A stretch of 64,000 nt of DNA from a virus (IMGVR_UViG_650627111_000001:1-64000); one strand, 5' to 3'. Positions 18,773-28,947 are shown, numbered from the stretch's first letter. Notes: generated from the letters alone by a model not told the origin. Numbers and translations: made by a program.

Positions 18773-19123
18773 ATGTGCAAGAAAGAGAAATGCCCAAACT
18801 TCGATAAATGTAAATGCGGAACACCTAAACAAGTGTTGGAAGGTGTAAATACAGTTTTAGGTATTGACCACGAAATCAAAGGTGATAACAATCGTTATGA
18901 AAACCTTACATGGATTCCAATGACAACATCACCACATCATATTAGTAATCAATCATCAACGAATGAATTTAACCTTGACACGATTGCGATTGCTGTTGGA
19001 GAATGGGATTATGCTGAGAAGGTGTACAACTTCGTGCCAGAGAGTGAGGTACGAGAGGAGTTAGGTATTATCAGTTATATTTCACCATTAGGTGTGTTTG
19101 ATAATCAAGAAGAGGAGAAATAA
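18773..19123 (+). CDS. Hypothetical protein
   Basis: GGAGG RBS. Confidence 0.65.
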   Translation: MCKKEKCPNFDKCKCGTPKQVLEGVNTVLGIDHEIKGDNNRYENLTWIPMTTSPHHISNQSSTNEFNLDTIAIAVGEWDYAEKVYNFVPESEVREELGIISYISPLGVFDNQEEEK

Positions 19124-19125
19124 TT

Positions 19126-19698
19126 ATGAGCAAGAAACCGGCGATTAAACATGAACTAAACAAGTATGGCATGGAGAACATCTCATACAACAATAAACTA
19201 AGTATCTATCAACTATCGTCAGATAATGATTGCAAGGTCGTAATTTCTTGTGATAAGGGTGATATCGAAGATATTATCTCACAAGTAAAACGTCATGTAG
19301 ATGGTGTAGATCACGTGCATGGGGTGGTAGAAGGTACCGATAAGTCTTATGTGATCGAGGGTAATGAAAAGGATTATTTCGAAAGTAGAGCAGAAGCAAT
19401 CTTATATATGTTAGATCCCGAAGACGAATTTGAATCCTTAACTTTAACATCAAAATATAGTTACACATTAAGTAATAAACCTGATGATGTGGTTAAAGGC
19501 TCAACTACGTCTCGTACAGCTTATAAATCTGGTACTTTACATGAGGTTATAGAGGACTTAACTTACATGCCTTATATTCACAAACTATCTGGATTTATAG
19601 ATAAACAGAAAGTGGATTTGTATCGACTAAGTTTACGTATCCAAGAAAAGTTAGAAATGCAAAAAGAAACACGTGATGTTATGGAGAAAATTCTATGA
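19126..19698 (+). CDS. Hypothetical protein
   Basis: AGGAG RBS. Confidence 0.7.
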   Translation: MSKKPAIKHELNKYGMENISYNNKLSIYQLSSDNDCKVVISCDKGDIEDIISQVKRHVDGVDHVHGVVEGTDKSYVIEGNEKDYFESRAEAILYMLDPEDEFESLTLTSKYSYTLSNKPDDVVKGSTTSRTAYKSGTLHEVIEDLTYMPYIHKLSGFIDKQKVDLYRLSLRIQEKLEMQKETRDVMEKIL

Positions 19699-19865
19699 GC
19701 AAGAAAGTTACAATTAAACTAGACAATCTCACAAAAGAAGATTATGATACACTAATGATTGCAGCAAGCATTGTCGGTAAGACAATCGAAGAGTTTGTAA
19801 TCGATGCTGCTTTAGAGCGAGCAGAGGAAGTGATTGATACATTAGCAGCAAGTTTTGGAGAATAA
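19695..19865 (+). CDS. DUF1778/TacA-like RHH antitoxin homologue (56 aa, not in ORF track)
   Basis: MSKKVTIKL...TLMIAASIVGKTIEEFVIDAALERAEEVI; GGAG RBS, ATGA overlap. Confidence 0.65.
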   Translation: MSKKVTIKLDNLTKEDYDTLMIAASIVGKTIEEFVIDAALERAEEVIDTLAASFGE

Positions 19866-19871
19866 TAATTT

Positions 19872-20213
19872 ATGCAAGTATTTGAATTTGTAAGTGATAA
19901 AGGTTACACAGTAGAAGTAGAATTGTTCGACACACCACCATTTCGTTCCATGGAAAGCAGAGATGATTATTATGGTGGAGTGGACATTCTTGATGTGAAG
20001 GTGTATGATTTATCCACAGGTGAACCTGTATATATGCATGGTATTACGAATGAAGAGATCATTCAGGAGTGGGAGATGCACAAGGATACACAAACTATGA
20101 GGGAGGATTATGGGCATTTATCCATCATAGGGGAAGAGTGGTTCCGTGAGGAACAGGGGATTTGTATGAGTAAACTAAACAAAGTCAAACTTGCGAAGAT
20201 GATTGGGGATTAG
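19872..20213 (+). CDS. Hypothetical acidic protein
   Basis: GGAG RBS. Confidence 0.65.
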   Translation: MQVFEFVSDKGYTVEVELFDTPPFRSMESRDDYYGGVDILDVKVYDLSTGEPVYMHGITNEEIIQEWEMHKDTQTMREDYGHLSIIGEEWFREEQGICMSKLNKVKLAKMIGD

Positions 20214-20222
20214 TAGAGGAAG

Positions 20223-20414
20223 GTGTGTATAATGAGCAATAAACCATTAGAGATTGGACAAGTTCGAGAGATTGAAGTTTGCGGTACGAAGTACCAAGTG
20301 ATTAATTTCGATGAGAAGTTTGTGTATATCCAAACTATTAATGCTGGTGCAGAAGATGATAAGATTTATCGATGGGATGTGCAAATGTGTGATCGAGATA
20401 TTGTGGTGATGTAG
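20223..20414 (+). CDS. Small SH3-like hypothetical protein
   Basis: ORF in operon. Confidence 0.55.
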   Translation: MCIMSNKPLEIGQVREIEVCGTKYQVINFDEKFVYIQTINAGAEDDKIYRWDVQMCDRDIVVM

Positions 20415-20424
20415 GGGGTGTAAC

Positions 20425-20559
20425 ATTAAAGAAGTTCAAATTTGGTGTGATGGGAGTGCAATAAAGGCTCCCAAAAATCAGTATTATTGTGGTGCTGGTA
20501 CAGTTCTAATCTATGGCGACTATGTTAAAGAGGTAAGTACACCACTCGGAGTGGGCACA
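20425..20559 (+). pseudogene. 5' remnant of the resident RNase H gene
   Basis: Translates IKEVQIWCDGSAIKAPKNQYYCGAGTVLIYGDYVKEVSTPLGVGT, homologous to the RNase H N-terminus; breaks just before the NN..E motif. Confidence 0.8.
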
Positions 20560-20568
20560 GGATATTTA

Positions 20569-21543
20569 CTATCCTGTGACAATCTCCTCTAAGAGAACGT
20601 TAACCCTACACTCTGACCAGCCATCAAACTTATTTGTAGGCATGTGGTGTAGGTGTTTTGTTTTGTTCAGAAGATAAGACTCTCTTTCAACAATCTCACT
20701 GTGATTACCCTTTTCTAAATAAAGTAAGGAAACCTTATAACTCTTAGCTGAAGTTTTTATGTCTATCAATCTTCTATCTACATTAAAGGATCTACCTATT
20801 TTTATAAAAGACTCTTCATTGTTTTCAAGTCCAAGGATATAGATAAAATCATTATCATCTAATCTACCCGTGTATACACCACCAACAAACCCAGAAAAGT
20901 TGTTATCTATATGGTGGCAGTCTCCACATCTCTGGTTGTGATTTATGAAATTATTAAAGGTACTTACTCTCTTATGCCCTCGTGCACAAACCCAATCAAA
21001 AGATGTGTAGCTCCTCCCTCTCTTACTTATGGTGTTTATCGTTATTTCTTGTGGTATGCCTTCCTCTTTTAGTATCTCCTCTACATGCTGTAACCTGTCT
21101 TCTATACTAATAGCCCTAGCTTTTGTTGTTATTTGACGCCCTATAATAGGATCCCCTCTTCCATTATTAAGGAAATTAGCTATGTTGCAAGAACCCCACC
21201 TGTTACCAGTTTCAGGGTTCTCTAAATCTAGGTATGTCTTATTGCCTGAAAATTTACCCACAAAACCATGAAATATGTAACCAAGGTTTTTACAAACTCT
21301 TTGGATCTGAATTACTCTCTGAGCCTCTGACCAAGCATAACTTCTAACACAACCACACGGGTCCTTTGATTTCAACTTTCTAATATGTGTTTTTGGTTTT
21401 ACTATTGGGTATGGAAATAATTCAAAATCACTGTGGCACCTTGAGCAAACTATAAACAGATTATCTTCATTTTCCCTAACAATCTCCAATGTAGCACCGC
21501 AAGATGTTAACCTCTTCCATCCCACTTTATACTCCCCCTTCAT
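20569..21543 (-). CDS. Free-standing homing endonuclease: zinc/CapR-like DNA-binding repeats plus C-terminal T5orf172 domain
   Basis: CGC..W..Q..R.C..G..F.GF...T.L.L...G..W; FIYIL...FIKIGRSFNVDRRL...E...GWSEC. Confidence 0.8.
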   Translation of the reverse strand: MKGEYKVGWKRLTSCGATLEIVRENEDNLFIVCSRCHSDFELFPYPIVKPKTHIRKLKSKDPCGCVRSYAWSEAQRVIQIQRVCKNLGYIFHGFVGKFSGNKTYLDLENPETGNRWGSCNIANFLNNGRGDPIIGRQITTKARAISIEDRLQHVEEILKEEGIPQEITINTISKRGRSYTSFDWVCARGHKRVSTFNNFINHNQRCGDCHHIDNNFSGFVGGVYTGRLDDNDFIYILGLENNEESFIKIGRSFNVDRRLIDIKTSAKSYKVSLLYLEKGNHSEIVERESYLLNKTKHLHHMPTNKFDGWSECRVNVLLEEIVTG

Positions 21544-21745
21544 TTGACCACCCCCTTAAGAAATTTGCGATAGCTTGTTTCTTATTTACTGTATATACTT
21601 TACATCCCTCAGAGTAGATGGTATATTTAGGATCACCAACTAGTTTCAACCTCTGTGCGTGGTTCAAAACAGATTGGTAAGTGAATAATCCAAAACGTAT
21701 AGCTTTAGCAATATCATTAGGGTCTGTATAATCTTTAAGGTTCAT
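21527..21745 (-). CDS. Hypothetical protein in the endonuclease cassette
   Basis: AAGGA RBS; overlaps the HEG start. Confidence 0.6.
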   Translation of the reverse strand: MNLKDYTDPNDIAKAIRFGLFTYQSVLNHAQRLKLVGDPKYTIYSEGCKVYTVNKKQAIANFLRGWSNEGGV

Positions 21746-21810
21746 CTTGATTTCCTTATTGTTGTATAGTATACTCTATTATAACATTTTATAATAAAAC
21801 AATCAAGGAG

Positions 21811-22284
21811 GTGACTATGGTGGAAATTTGGACTGATGGAAGCTCTATTAAATATGATGGTAAGTGGTTTGGCGGGAGCGGTGTAATTTTACAATACAAA
21901 GGTACAATTAAACACCTATCTGAAACTTTACCAGATTACACTAATAACATGTCCGAGATCTATGCTATGATTTTAGGTCTTGAGTCTCTTAAGAGGCGCT
22001 GTGATGTGACTATATTCACTGATTCAAAATACAGTTTACAATGTGTTACAGATTGGATACCTAAATGGAAGAGGAATGGTTGGAAAACTGCAGGGGGGTC
22101 TATTGTTAAAAATAAAGAACTTATCGTAAGGCTTTATGACCTATGCCAACAACATAATGTGAAATTTATTAAGGTAAAAGCTCATTCTGGTATTGACTTA
22201 AACGAAAAGGTTGATAGACTTGCATATGAAGCTGCGACAAAAGGGAAGGAGGAGTATGAGAAAATTTACGCAAAACAAAGGTGA
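21811..22284 (+). CDS. rnhA: Ribonuclease HI
   Basis: WTDGS, TNN.SE, TDS.Y, W..NGWKT, VKNKEL, VKAHSG...NE.VD. Confidence 0.95.
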   Translation: MTMVEIWTDGSSIKYDGKWFGGSGVILQYKGTIKHLSETLPDYTNNMSEIYAMILGLESLKRRCDVTIFTDSKYSLQCVTDWIPKWKRNGWKTAGGSIVKNKELIVRLYDLCQQHNVKFIKVKAHSGIDLNEKVDRLAYEAATKGKEEYEKIYAKQR

Positions 22285-22456
22285 GGTCAAGAACAAGGAG
22301 CTGATTATTGATCTGTATAAAACCACCCAAAAGCATCATGTAACTTGGGTCAAGGTTGCAGCTCACAGTGGTGTGTATTTCAATGAATTGGCAGATCGGT
22401 TAGCTTGTGAAGCTTCTGCCAAGAGTAAAGAGGAGTATGAGAAAGGTGTTCTATAA
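22256..22456 (+). pseudogene. 3' remnant of the resident RNase H gene, behind a duplicated primase-type start
   Basis: GEVKNKELIIDLY...TWVKVAAHSGVYFNELADRLA; begins MRKF, while the primase begins MRKVF. Confidence 0.8.
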
Positions 22457-24485
22457 AAAAGAAGTAAAGAGCTATAATGACTATTATTCTTCTGGCAAGG
22501 CTGTTAGGAACCTCAGTGTTAAGGATATTCTTGCGTTCCCGATAAAGGGTAACCCAGACCGACAACTAACTCAAGAGGCAGCAGAATACTTTCAAATCCG
22601 ACAAGAGTATAGTCAAGAAGATGGCACAACTATTGTAGCTACTCATTTTCCTTCCTACAATCAAAGTGGGGAGATTACAGGATTTAAGCGTCGGGACTGG
22701 ACCCTTGATAAAGAGGATCGATTCCACTTCACCACGATTGGGACTGTTAAGACCAAGAATATGATGTTTGGACAATATCAAACCTCCCAAGGAACAAACC
22801 GTAAGACGCTTGTCCAGTTGGAGGCAGAAGAGGATACCTATTGTGCGTGGCAAGCTGCCCTAGATAATCTACGTTCTCAAGTTCATGAATTGGGAAATCG
22901 TTCTGATGAAAAGGCTAAGAGTTTACGTGGATACCTTGCAGCTATTGAATCCTCCAGAATCAAAATCTCTACAGGGGACATATCTGGTCAGATAATCACT
23001 CTTCCTTTCGTTGGATTGAATGTGGGTGCACCAAATGCTGCTGAAACTGTAGCTCATAATGAGAAGTTTGTTAAAAGCTACTCCAAGTATGTTCTGGCAC
23101 TGGATAATGACCACTTAACAGAGGAGGAAAGGATTAAATATTCCAATAACTCTGCGCGTGGAGAAGAAGCAACAAATGCGATAGCTAGTTACCTACTTAC
23201 TGACAACATCTACCGTATGAAGTATCCCCATCCAAGCAATGACCCTGATGGTTATAAGGATGCAAGGGATTTTGTTAAGGCAGGGGAGGGAAAATTACTT
23301 GCTGAACTAACACTCTATTGTGATAATAAATATGTGGCAGAGAAAATCTTAAATGTTGGTGACATAACAATCCAACAATTACGCAAACGTAAGAAGGATG
23401 GTATCCCACTCAAGTATTTTCCAAAACTGGATGCTATGCATATAAACCCCCTGACAGGGGAGCTACATGTGTTATGTGCACCAAGCGGTGCAGGTAAGTC
23501 CACAATAAGTCGGATGGTAGAGCATGATATTGTCGATTACTTGCGATATGGATTGTCAAAGGGTCGTTATGATGATACAGTCACTAGGGACTTAGCTGGA
23601 TTAGCCCGACTTGATGGTTATGTGGAAAATGAACGGCTAGGTATCATCCGTTTGGAAGAGGATGAAGAAGAGTCTTTAAACTCACACTATGCTCTAGACC
23701 TAGGTATTGACCCCAAGGAATTTTGTGGTGAGCCAGAGAAATATTTGACAGAAGAACAGCATCTTGAGATTCACAATAAGTGGGCAGATGAGGACAAGGT
23801 TAAAATTCTTGACCATTTCGGTTCGATGCCTGTTGATCAGTTGATATCCAAACTAAAGCAGATGGTATTTATGTATGGTTGTCGTTGGATAGTGTTGGAT
23901 CACATTAGTATGTTGATTTCTGGTTTGCGTACAGGTGATGAGCGTAAAGAGTTGGACATTGTAATGACGGAACTTGCTGCTTTCTGTAAAAACTACAATG
24001 TTTATATTTTCGCTATTGCCCATATCAAACGTAAAACTTTTGAACCACCAAAAGACAAGCAAACAGGAGAACAACTTCCATTCTTCTTCCCTGTCCGCAA
24101 GGAGGATTTGCGCGGCTCCGCAAGTCTTGAACAGTTATCTTGGGTGGTAATGAGTGTAGAACCAGAGGAGCTTCCTAATCGTAGTCGTGGGAGAGTTCGC
24201 CTAGTCAGTTTGAAGAACCGCAGGGGTAAGAGACTGGGCATTGCAGACACCCTCTGGATGAAGGAAGATGGAACCTTTATCGATGCATCCGATTGGCAGA
24301 TTGATGGTAACTGCTATACATCCAATGGGGAAATTGTTCATTGCTTCTCTGAGCATAAGTATGAACCACTGCCGTCAGTTGTGAAGGATACTATGCCAGT
24401 CCCTGTACAAGAAGAAACAGAGGAAATTAACATCCCTCTTGACTTCAACAGTTTCGTAGATCAGGATGGAGATGAACCATTTTAG
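22437..24485 (+). CDS. T7 gp4-like primase-helicase
   Basis: TOPRIM (EAEED, LDND, KDARD), Walker A APSGAGKS, LDHIS, LRGSASLEQLS, LKNR; GAGGAG RBS at 22437. Confidence 0.93.
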   Translation: MRKVFYKKEVKSYNDYYSSGKAVRNLSVKDILAFPIKGNPDRQLTQEAAEYFQIRQEYSQEDGTTIVATHFPSYNQSGEITGFKRRDWTLDKEDRFHFTTIGTVKTKNMMFGQYQTSQGTNRKTLVQLEAEEDTYCAWQAALDNLRSQVHELGNRSDEKAKSLRGYLAAIESSRIKISTGDISGQIITLPFVGLNVGAPNAAETVAHNEKFVKSYSKYVLALDNDHLTEEERIKYSNNSARGEEATNAIASYLLTDNIYRMKYPHPSNDPDGYKDARDFVKAGEGKLLAELTLYCDNKYVAEKILNVGDITIQQLRKRKKDGIPLKYFPKLDAMHINPLTGELHVLCAPSGAGKSTISRMVEHDIVDYLRYGLSKGRYDDTVTRDLAGLARLDGYVENERLGIIRLEEDEEESLNSHYALDLGIDPKEFCGEPEKYLTEEQHLEIHNKWADEDKVKILDHFGSMPVDQLISKLKQMVFMYGCRWIVLDHISMLISGLRTGDERKELDIVMTELAAFCKNYNVYIFAIAHIKRKTFEPPKDKQTGEQLPFFFPVRKEDLRGSASLEQLSWVVMSVEPEELPNRSRGRVRLVSLKNRRGKRLGIADTLWMKEDGTFIDASDWQIDGNCYTSNGEIVHCFSEHKYEPLPSVVKDTMPVPVQEETEEINIPLDFNSFVDQDGDEPF

Positions 24486-24500
24486 AGGAGTTTATATTTA

Positions 24501-27212
24501 ATGAAAGGTTTGTATATTTTCGACAGTGAAGGTGATGGACTTTGTGGGAAGTCCATCCCTGATGAGGATCACATCACTAAATTCCACACACTCTTATTCA
24601 AGGAATATGGCAAGGATAATTGGAATTTATTTTTGGACTTTAATCACCCAGATTTCCAAGAAGCTAAGAAATTTGCAGAGTCTAAGGGTGTTAACCTGAA
24701 GATTATGGATTTTTCTGAGTTTAATGATTGGGTGGTTACCTATCCTACAGCCATTGCTTGCCAAAACTTGGAAGGTTTCGATATGTTGGCCTTTAGTCAT
24801 ATCCTAGGTACCAAATATGAGAAGATTCCAGTTGAAAAAATAAATGGTAAGGAGATTAGGGTTTTTGACACATTAAGTATGTCTCGTGGATTATACCCTG
24901 ATCGGCCACTGCCGAGGGGCTGTCCTGCTAAGGTTAAAAACCCACAGGGTGGGAAAGCTAAGAGTATAGGTCCCCACTCATTGGAGGCATGGGGAGTTAA
25001 GGTGGCGAATAAGAAGGTAGCTATTGAGGATTGGAAAGGACTACCTCTTTGGAAATACGTGGATCGCGTATGGGAAGACGTCATCATAAACGAACTTCAG
25101 TGGAATGCTTTAATCAAGGAGATGCAGGACGGTAAGGACAAGGGTGTTGATTGGAAAATGGCACTTAAGCACAACCTACTGGCTGACCACCTAATGCAGG
25201 TACAAGAGGAGCAGGGTGTTGTTTTCAGAGAAGACAAAGCTCTTGAACTGGTAGACAAGATTGACCAGATGATGAAGGAGATTGAGGAGGAGGTTGAACC
25301 TAAACTACCACCAAAACGAGTTCCTAAATCAAAAGAACCTAGTTTCCCAGCAAACCCTTTTGACAAGAGTGGTAAAATCTCCCACCACGGTCTAAATTTT
25401 ATCGAAAAGTATTATGATATTTTCGTAGATAGAGAGGCTCAGAAGTTCACACCTCCACCAAAGACGGCTTTCAAAGCTACAGGGGAGGTATCTGTAGCTG
25501 GAAAGAGATACTGTGTTAGTATGGGTATTGAGGATGAAAATCTAATGGCTGATTTCATTCGGGAACAAAAACTCAAAGCGGAGACAATCTCTGTGTTATC
25601 CCCAGAAGACGAGGAAAAAGCAAGAGTTTTGCTGGCCGAGAGACATATACCAGAGAAATTTCTTTTTGAACCAATGAGGCTATCAAATCAGGACGACATC
25701 AAGGAATGGTTGGTTACAGATGGCAAATGGAACCCCACCTTATTCAGAACCAAGGATGTCTCTAGAGGGGAGAATAAGCAAAACTTGCCTGAGTTTGAGG
25801 TAGAGGAGTCTTGCTGGGAGTATATCTTAGAGAAAAAGGATTCAGTCTATCTTCCTTGGATCAATCAAGAAATGGGTGTAGAAATCCACAAGATTACAAG
25901 TAGAAACCATCCAGACTTTAAAAAGGTAGTGAAGAAGGCTAGATTCTTGGTGACAAGTCCGAAACTTAAAGATGAGAGAGGGGAGCTTTGTCCTAATCTG
26001 GAGAAAATTGATGGAGAGATGGCGAGTAAGATTGTTAAATGGCTATCTCTCCGAAACCGAAGATCAGTTATCAAAGCCATAGATGAGACTAAAGAGACAG
26101 GCTGGTTAAATCACCCAAGATTGAAGAAAGATGGTAAATTACCAGCACGATATTCTGGTCTTACCAATACTAACAGAAGAAAACACTCCGTGATCGCCAA
26201 CATTCCGGGATCTGATGCACTACTTGGTCATGAAATGAGGTCATTATTCACTGTCCCTGAAGGCTTTTGGCAGGTGGGTATTGATGGTAGCAACTTAGAG
26301 GGATTTTGTGCTGCTAACGCTGCTTTTCCTTTTGACAATGGAGCCTATTATCGTGGGTTGAGTGGGGATCCACACACTGAGAACGCCAAAGCTTACTCAA
26401 AGGCAGCAGGTAGGACAGTTAGTCGCTCAGAGGGAAAAGGCATTACGTACGGTGTACTATATGGTGCACAAGCTGCTAAAGTGTCCTCAATGCTGGGTAT
26501 TTCTAAGGATCAGGCTCAGAATGTAATCAATGCCTTTTGGGATACCAACTACGGCTTGAAGGGATGTAAGGAATGGCTGGAAAAATACTGGGAATCAACA
26601 GGCAAGAAATATATCTTAGGCATCGATAAACGTAAGATTTGGACAAGATCAAAACATTCTCTCCTAAATGCCTACCTCCAATCTATGGGTGCCATAGGTA
26701 TGGATTTGGCAGGAATCCTTTGGCACGAACGTGCATTGGAAGAAGGTTTGTTGGAGAAAGGTGTAGCTCGTATTATTTACTACCATGATGAGTACCAGCT
26801 ACAGGTGCCAAATAACCTAGTTAGACTAAAAGAGTTTGATACTGGAATCAACGAAAAAACCACAGTTGAATCTATTCTCAAACTGATAGATAAGGCTGCC
26901 AAGCTTAAAGATAAGGGGGAGGATTTTGACAGTTATCAAGTGATTGGTTCTAAGTTTGGACTATCAGAAACTCAAGTTGAGAATGTAGTACAGGCAAGAT
27001 CTGCTGCCAAATCCTTAGAGGGTGGTAAGTTCGTATTGTCAGGAAATATTAAAATCCTTGATAATGGGAATATTGCCAGAGCATATTGCCGAGCAGGAGA
27101 GTTGATGGTTAAGTGTATCGAGGATGCTTATAAGATTCTTGAATTCAACGTACCCATTACTGGTGAATATCTTATGGCAACACCAGAAGAAGGGTGGGGT
27201 GGAAGTCACTGA
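24501..27212 (+). CDS. Family A DNA polymerase with 3'-5' exonuclease
   Basis: FDSE exo I, IDGSNLE motif A, R..GK..TYG.LYG motif B, YHDE motif C. Confidence 0.95.
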   Translation: MKGLYIFDSEGDGLCGKSIPDEDHITKFHTLLFKEYGKDNWNLFLDFNHPDFQEAKKFAESKGVNLKIMDFSEFNDWVVTYPTAIACQNLEGFDMLAFSHILGTKYEKIPVEKINGKEIRVFDTLSMSRGLYPDRPLPRGCPAKVKNPQGGKAKSIGPHSLEAWGVKVANKKVAIEDWKGLPLWKYVDRVWEDVIINELQWNALIKEMQDGKDKGVDWKMALKHNLLADHLMQVQEEQGVVFREDKALELVDKIDQMMKEIEEEVEPKLPPKRVPKSKEPSFPANPFDKSGKISHHGLNFIEKYYDIFVDREAQKFTPPPKTAFKATGEVSVAGKRYCVSMGIEDENLMADFIREQKLKAETISVLSPEDEEKARVLLAERHIPEKFLFEPMRLSNQDDIKEWLVTDGKWNPTLFRTKDVSRGENKQNLPEFEVEESCWEYILEKKDSVYLPWINQEMGVEIHKITSRNHPDFKKVVKKARFLVTSPKLKDERGELCPNLEKIDGEMASKIVKWLSLRNRRSVIKAIDETKETGWLNHPRLKKDGKLPARYSGLTNTNRRKHSVIANIPGSDALLGHEMRSLFTVPEGFWQVGIDGSNLEGFCAANAAFPFDNGAYYRGLSGDPHTENAKAYSKAAGRTVSRSEGKGITYGVLYGAQAAKVSSMLGISKDQAQNVINAFWDTNYGLKGCKEWLEKYWESTGKKYILGIDKRKIWTRSKHSLLNAYLQSMGAIGMDLAGILWHERALEEGLLEKGVARIIYYHDEYQLQVPNNLVRLKEFDTGINEKTTVESILKLIDKAAKLKDKGEDFDSYQVIGSKFGLSETQVENVVQARSAAKSLEGGKFVLSGNIKILDNGNIARAYCRAGELMVKCIEDAYKILEFNVPITGEYLMATPEEGWGGSH

Positions 27213-27260
27213 TATAGGATGCCCTCAGAAGAGGGCTTTAACAATTAAGGATATTTATAT

Positions 27261-28079
27261 ATGATAAAGTTTAGAGTAGGAGATCGGTTCACAACAAGGA
27301 GGGGTTTTAGTTTTAAGATAATTAAATATTACAACGCTACAAACGTGATTATTCGTTTCGATCCTGATGGACTTTGTGAAGATGGTTATGTAAAAAGAAC
27401 TACAAATCATTCCATAAAAACGGGCACTATAGATTACCCGTTTGAGAGGTCTTCAGCGGGGGTCGGTTACGCTGGTTATGAAAAAGGTCAAATCCCCAAA
27501 GATAAGCATATAAAGGATGTATGGAGTAAGATGCTTCAGAGGTGTTACAAACCTAGTCAGAAAGATAAAAAAGCTTACTTGGACTGCACTGTATGTGAAG
27601 AGTGGCACTGTTACAAAAATTTCTATTTTTGGTACAAACACCAGATGTCTTCCAGTTACTATCAGGAAGGTTATCAGTTGGATAAGGACATTATATTGTC
27701 AGGTAATAAAGTGTATTGTCCAGAATATTGCCGTTTAGTTCCCGAGAAGATCAATTCGTTTTTAAACAATTTCACTGACTCTCGTAACACAGGTCTTCCA
27801 AACGGGGTGAATTGGAAGGAAGCTAATAAGAAGTACCAAGTTAGCATAAAAGATGAAAACTCTAAAAGAAAGTATCTAGGGATCACTAACGATATAGTAT
27901 ACGGTGATAGGTTATACAGAGAAGAGAAAAACCGGATAGCTAGAGTATTAGCTGAGAGGTATGACGGTCTTGTTTGTCCTGATATTATTAACATACTGAG
28001 AAATTTTAAGTATCCAGAATATGACTTCCTAAACAGGTGTTACAAGATACAGGAGCAATCAAATGACCAACACCCCTGA
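27261..28079 (+). CDS. His-Me finger (HNH-type) homing endonuclease
   Basis: W..ML.RCY, VCEEW..Y.NF..W, LDKD....GNKVY.P..C.LVP..IN; AP2-like tail. Confidence 0.8.
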   Translation: MIKFRVGDRFTTRRGFSFKIIKYYNATNVIIRFDPDGLCEDGYVKRTTNHSIKTGTIDYPFERSSAGVGYAGYEKGQIPKDKHIKDVWSKMLQRCYKPSQKDKKAYLDCTVCEEWHCYKNFYFWYKHQMSSSYYQEGYQLDKDIILSGNKVYCPEYCRLVPEKINSFLNNFTDSRNTGLPNGVNWKEANKKYQVSIKDENSKRKYLGITNDIVYGDRLYREEKNRIARVLAERYDGLVCPDIINILRNFKYPEYDFLNRCYKIQEQSNDQHP

Positions 28080-28257
28080 TGCTAACCGCATCCATTACAT
28101 CCCTCGCAACACAACATATCGTGTGTTGCAACATAATATCTCCATCAAAAGTGAATGCGGATGGGTTGATGGTTGCCTCTACCAAGATGAATCTTCTGGC
28201 AAATCCTATTGCCGACCTTATCACCTGTTTGATGATCGTTGGTTGGTAGTAGAATAA
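28063..28257 (+). CDS. DUF1653-like small protein
   Basis: YRV...W....LY.....G..YCRP...F..R. Confidence 0.55.
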   Translation: MTNTPDANRIHYIPRNTTYRVLQHNISIKSECGWVDGCLYQDESSGKSYCRPYHLFDDRWLVVE

Positions 28258-28396
28258 CCCACCCCGACACACCTCCTGTTACTGTCGTAACAAAAAATAA
28301 ATCTCGTGTGTCGATAAATTTCTCCTTGACACTACGTGTAGTATAATCCATAATCCTCCTCAGACAGATGAAATTGTTTGATGGAGGATTAATTTT

Positions 28397-28612
28397 ATGT
28401 GCAAACTAAACGACTTAATTGGTAAAACTTTTGTCATCACCGATCCAGATTTTGAAGGTTATAATGGTACTATTGTGGATGCTTTCCATCATTTTGATGA
28501 TGAAGATATCATTGATAATGATGACCTAGTGTGGGTCAATGTTGATGGTGGTTGTTTTAGAGGAACTTTCAACCTTGAAGAAGGTTATATCTTGGAAGAT
28601 GAGGAGAATTAA
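28397..28612 (+). CDS. Hypothetical acidic protein
   Basis: GGAGG RBS and TTGACA promoter. Confidence 0.65.
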   Translation: MCKLNDLIGKTFVITDPDFEGYNGTIVDAFHHFDDEDIIDNDDLVWVNVDGGCFRGTFNLEEGYILEDEEN

Positions 28613-28614
28613 TT

Positions 28615-28947
28615 ATGCGCATTATCACTATCCCAATGTATACACACTTTCAACAGGAATATATCTCATTCTTGAAGAGTATTCCTTTTGGTGCTACGTA
28701 CCGAGAAATCAATCAAGCATTTGAAGATGCTGGGGAAGATTTCCCACAATATAAAACTGAATCGCCCTACCCGTACAATAACCGTACATTGATTAGCAAT
28801 TCTTTATGCATGACAGCTAATATTATCGCCGTATATGATCATAAAGATAATGTTTACTTTGTGTGCAAGAATCGTTATACTGGCGACAAAGGTTGGTTCA
28901 CCAAGGAAGATTTCAATCTTCTGATTATGAAGGAAATGGAGAAATAA
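28615..28947 (+). CDS. Hypothetical protein
   Basis: GAGGAG RBS; VCKNRYTG resembles a helicase C-terminal motif. Confidence 0.6.
   Translation: MRIITIPMYTHFQQEYISFLKSIPFGATYREINQAFEDAGEDFPQYKTESPYPYNNRTLISNSLCMTANIIAVYDHKDNVYFVCKNRYTGDKGWFTKEDFNLLIMKEMEK

Noticed and set aside
20425-22456. Functional split RNase H formed from the two remnants
   Set aside because: The segment carrying the second and third catalytic carboxylates is absent from both pieces
24501-27212. Intein in the DNA polymerase (long insertions)
   Set aside because: No intein block motifs, HN-C/S junction or LAGLIDADG motif; insertions look like thumb and palm elaborations
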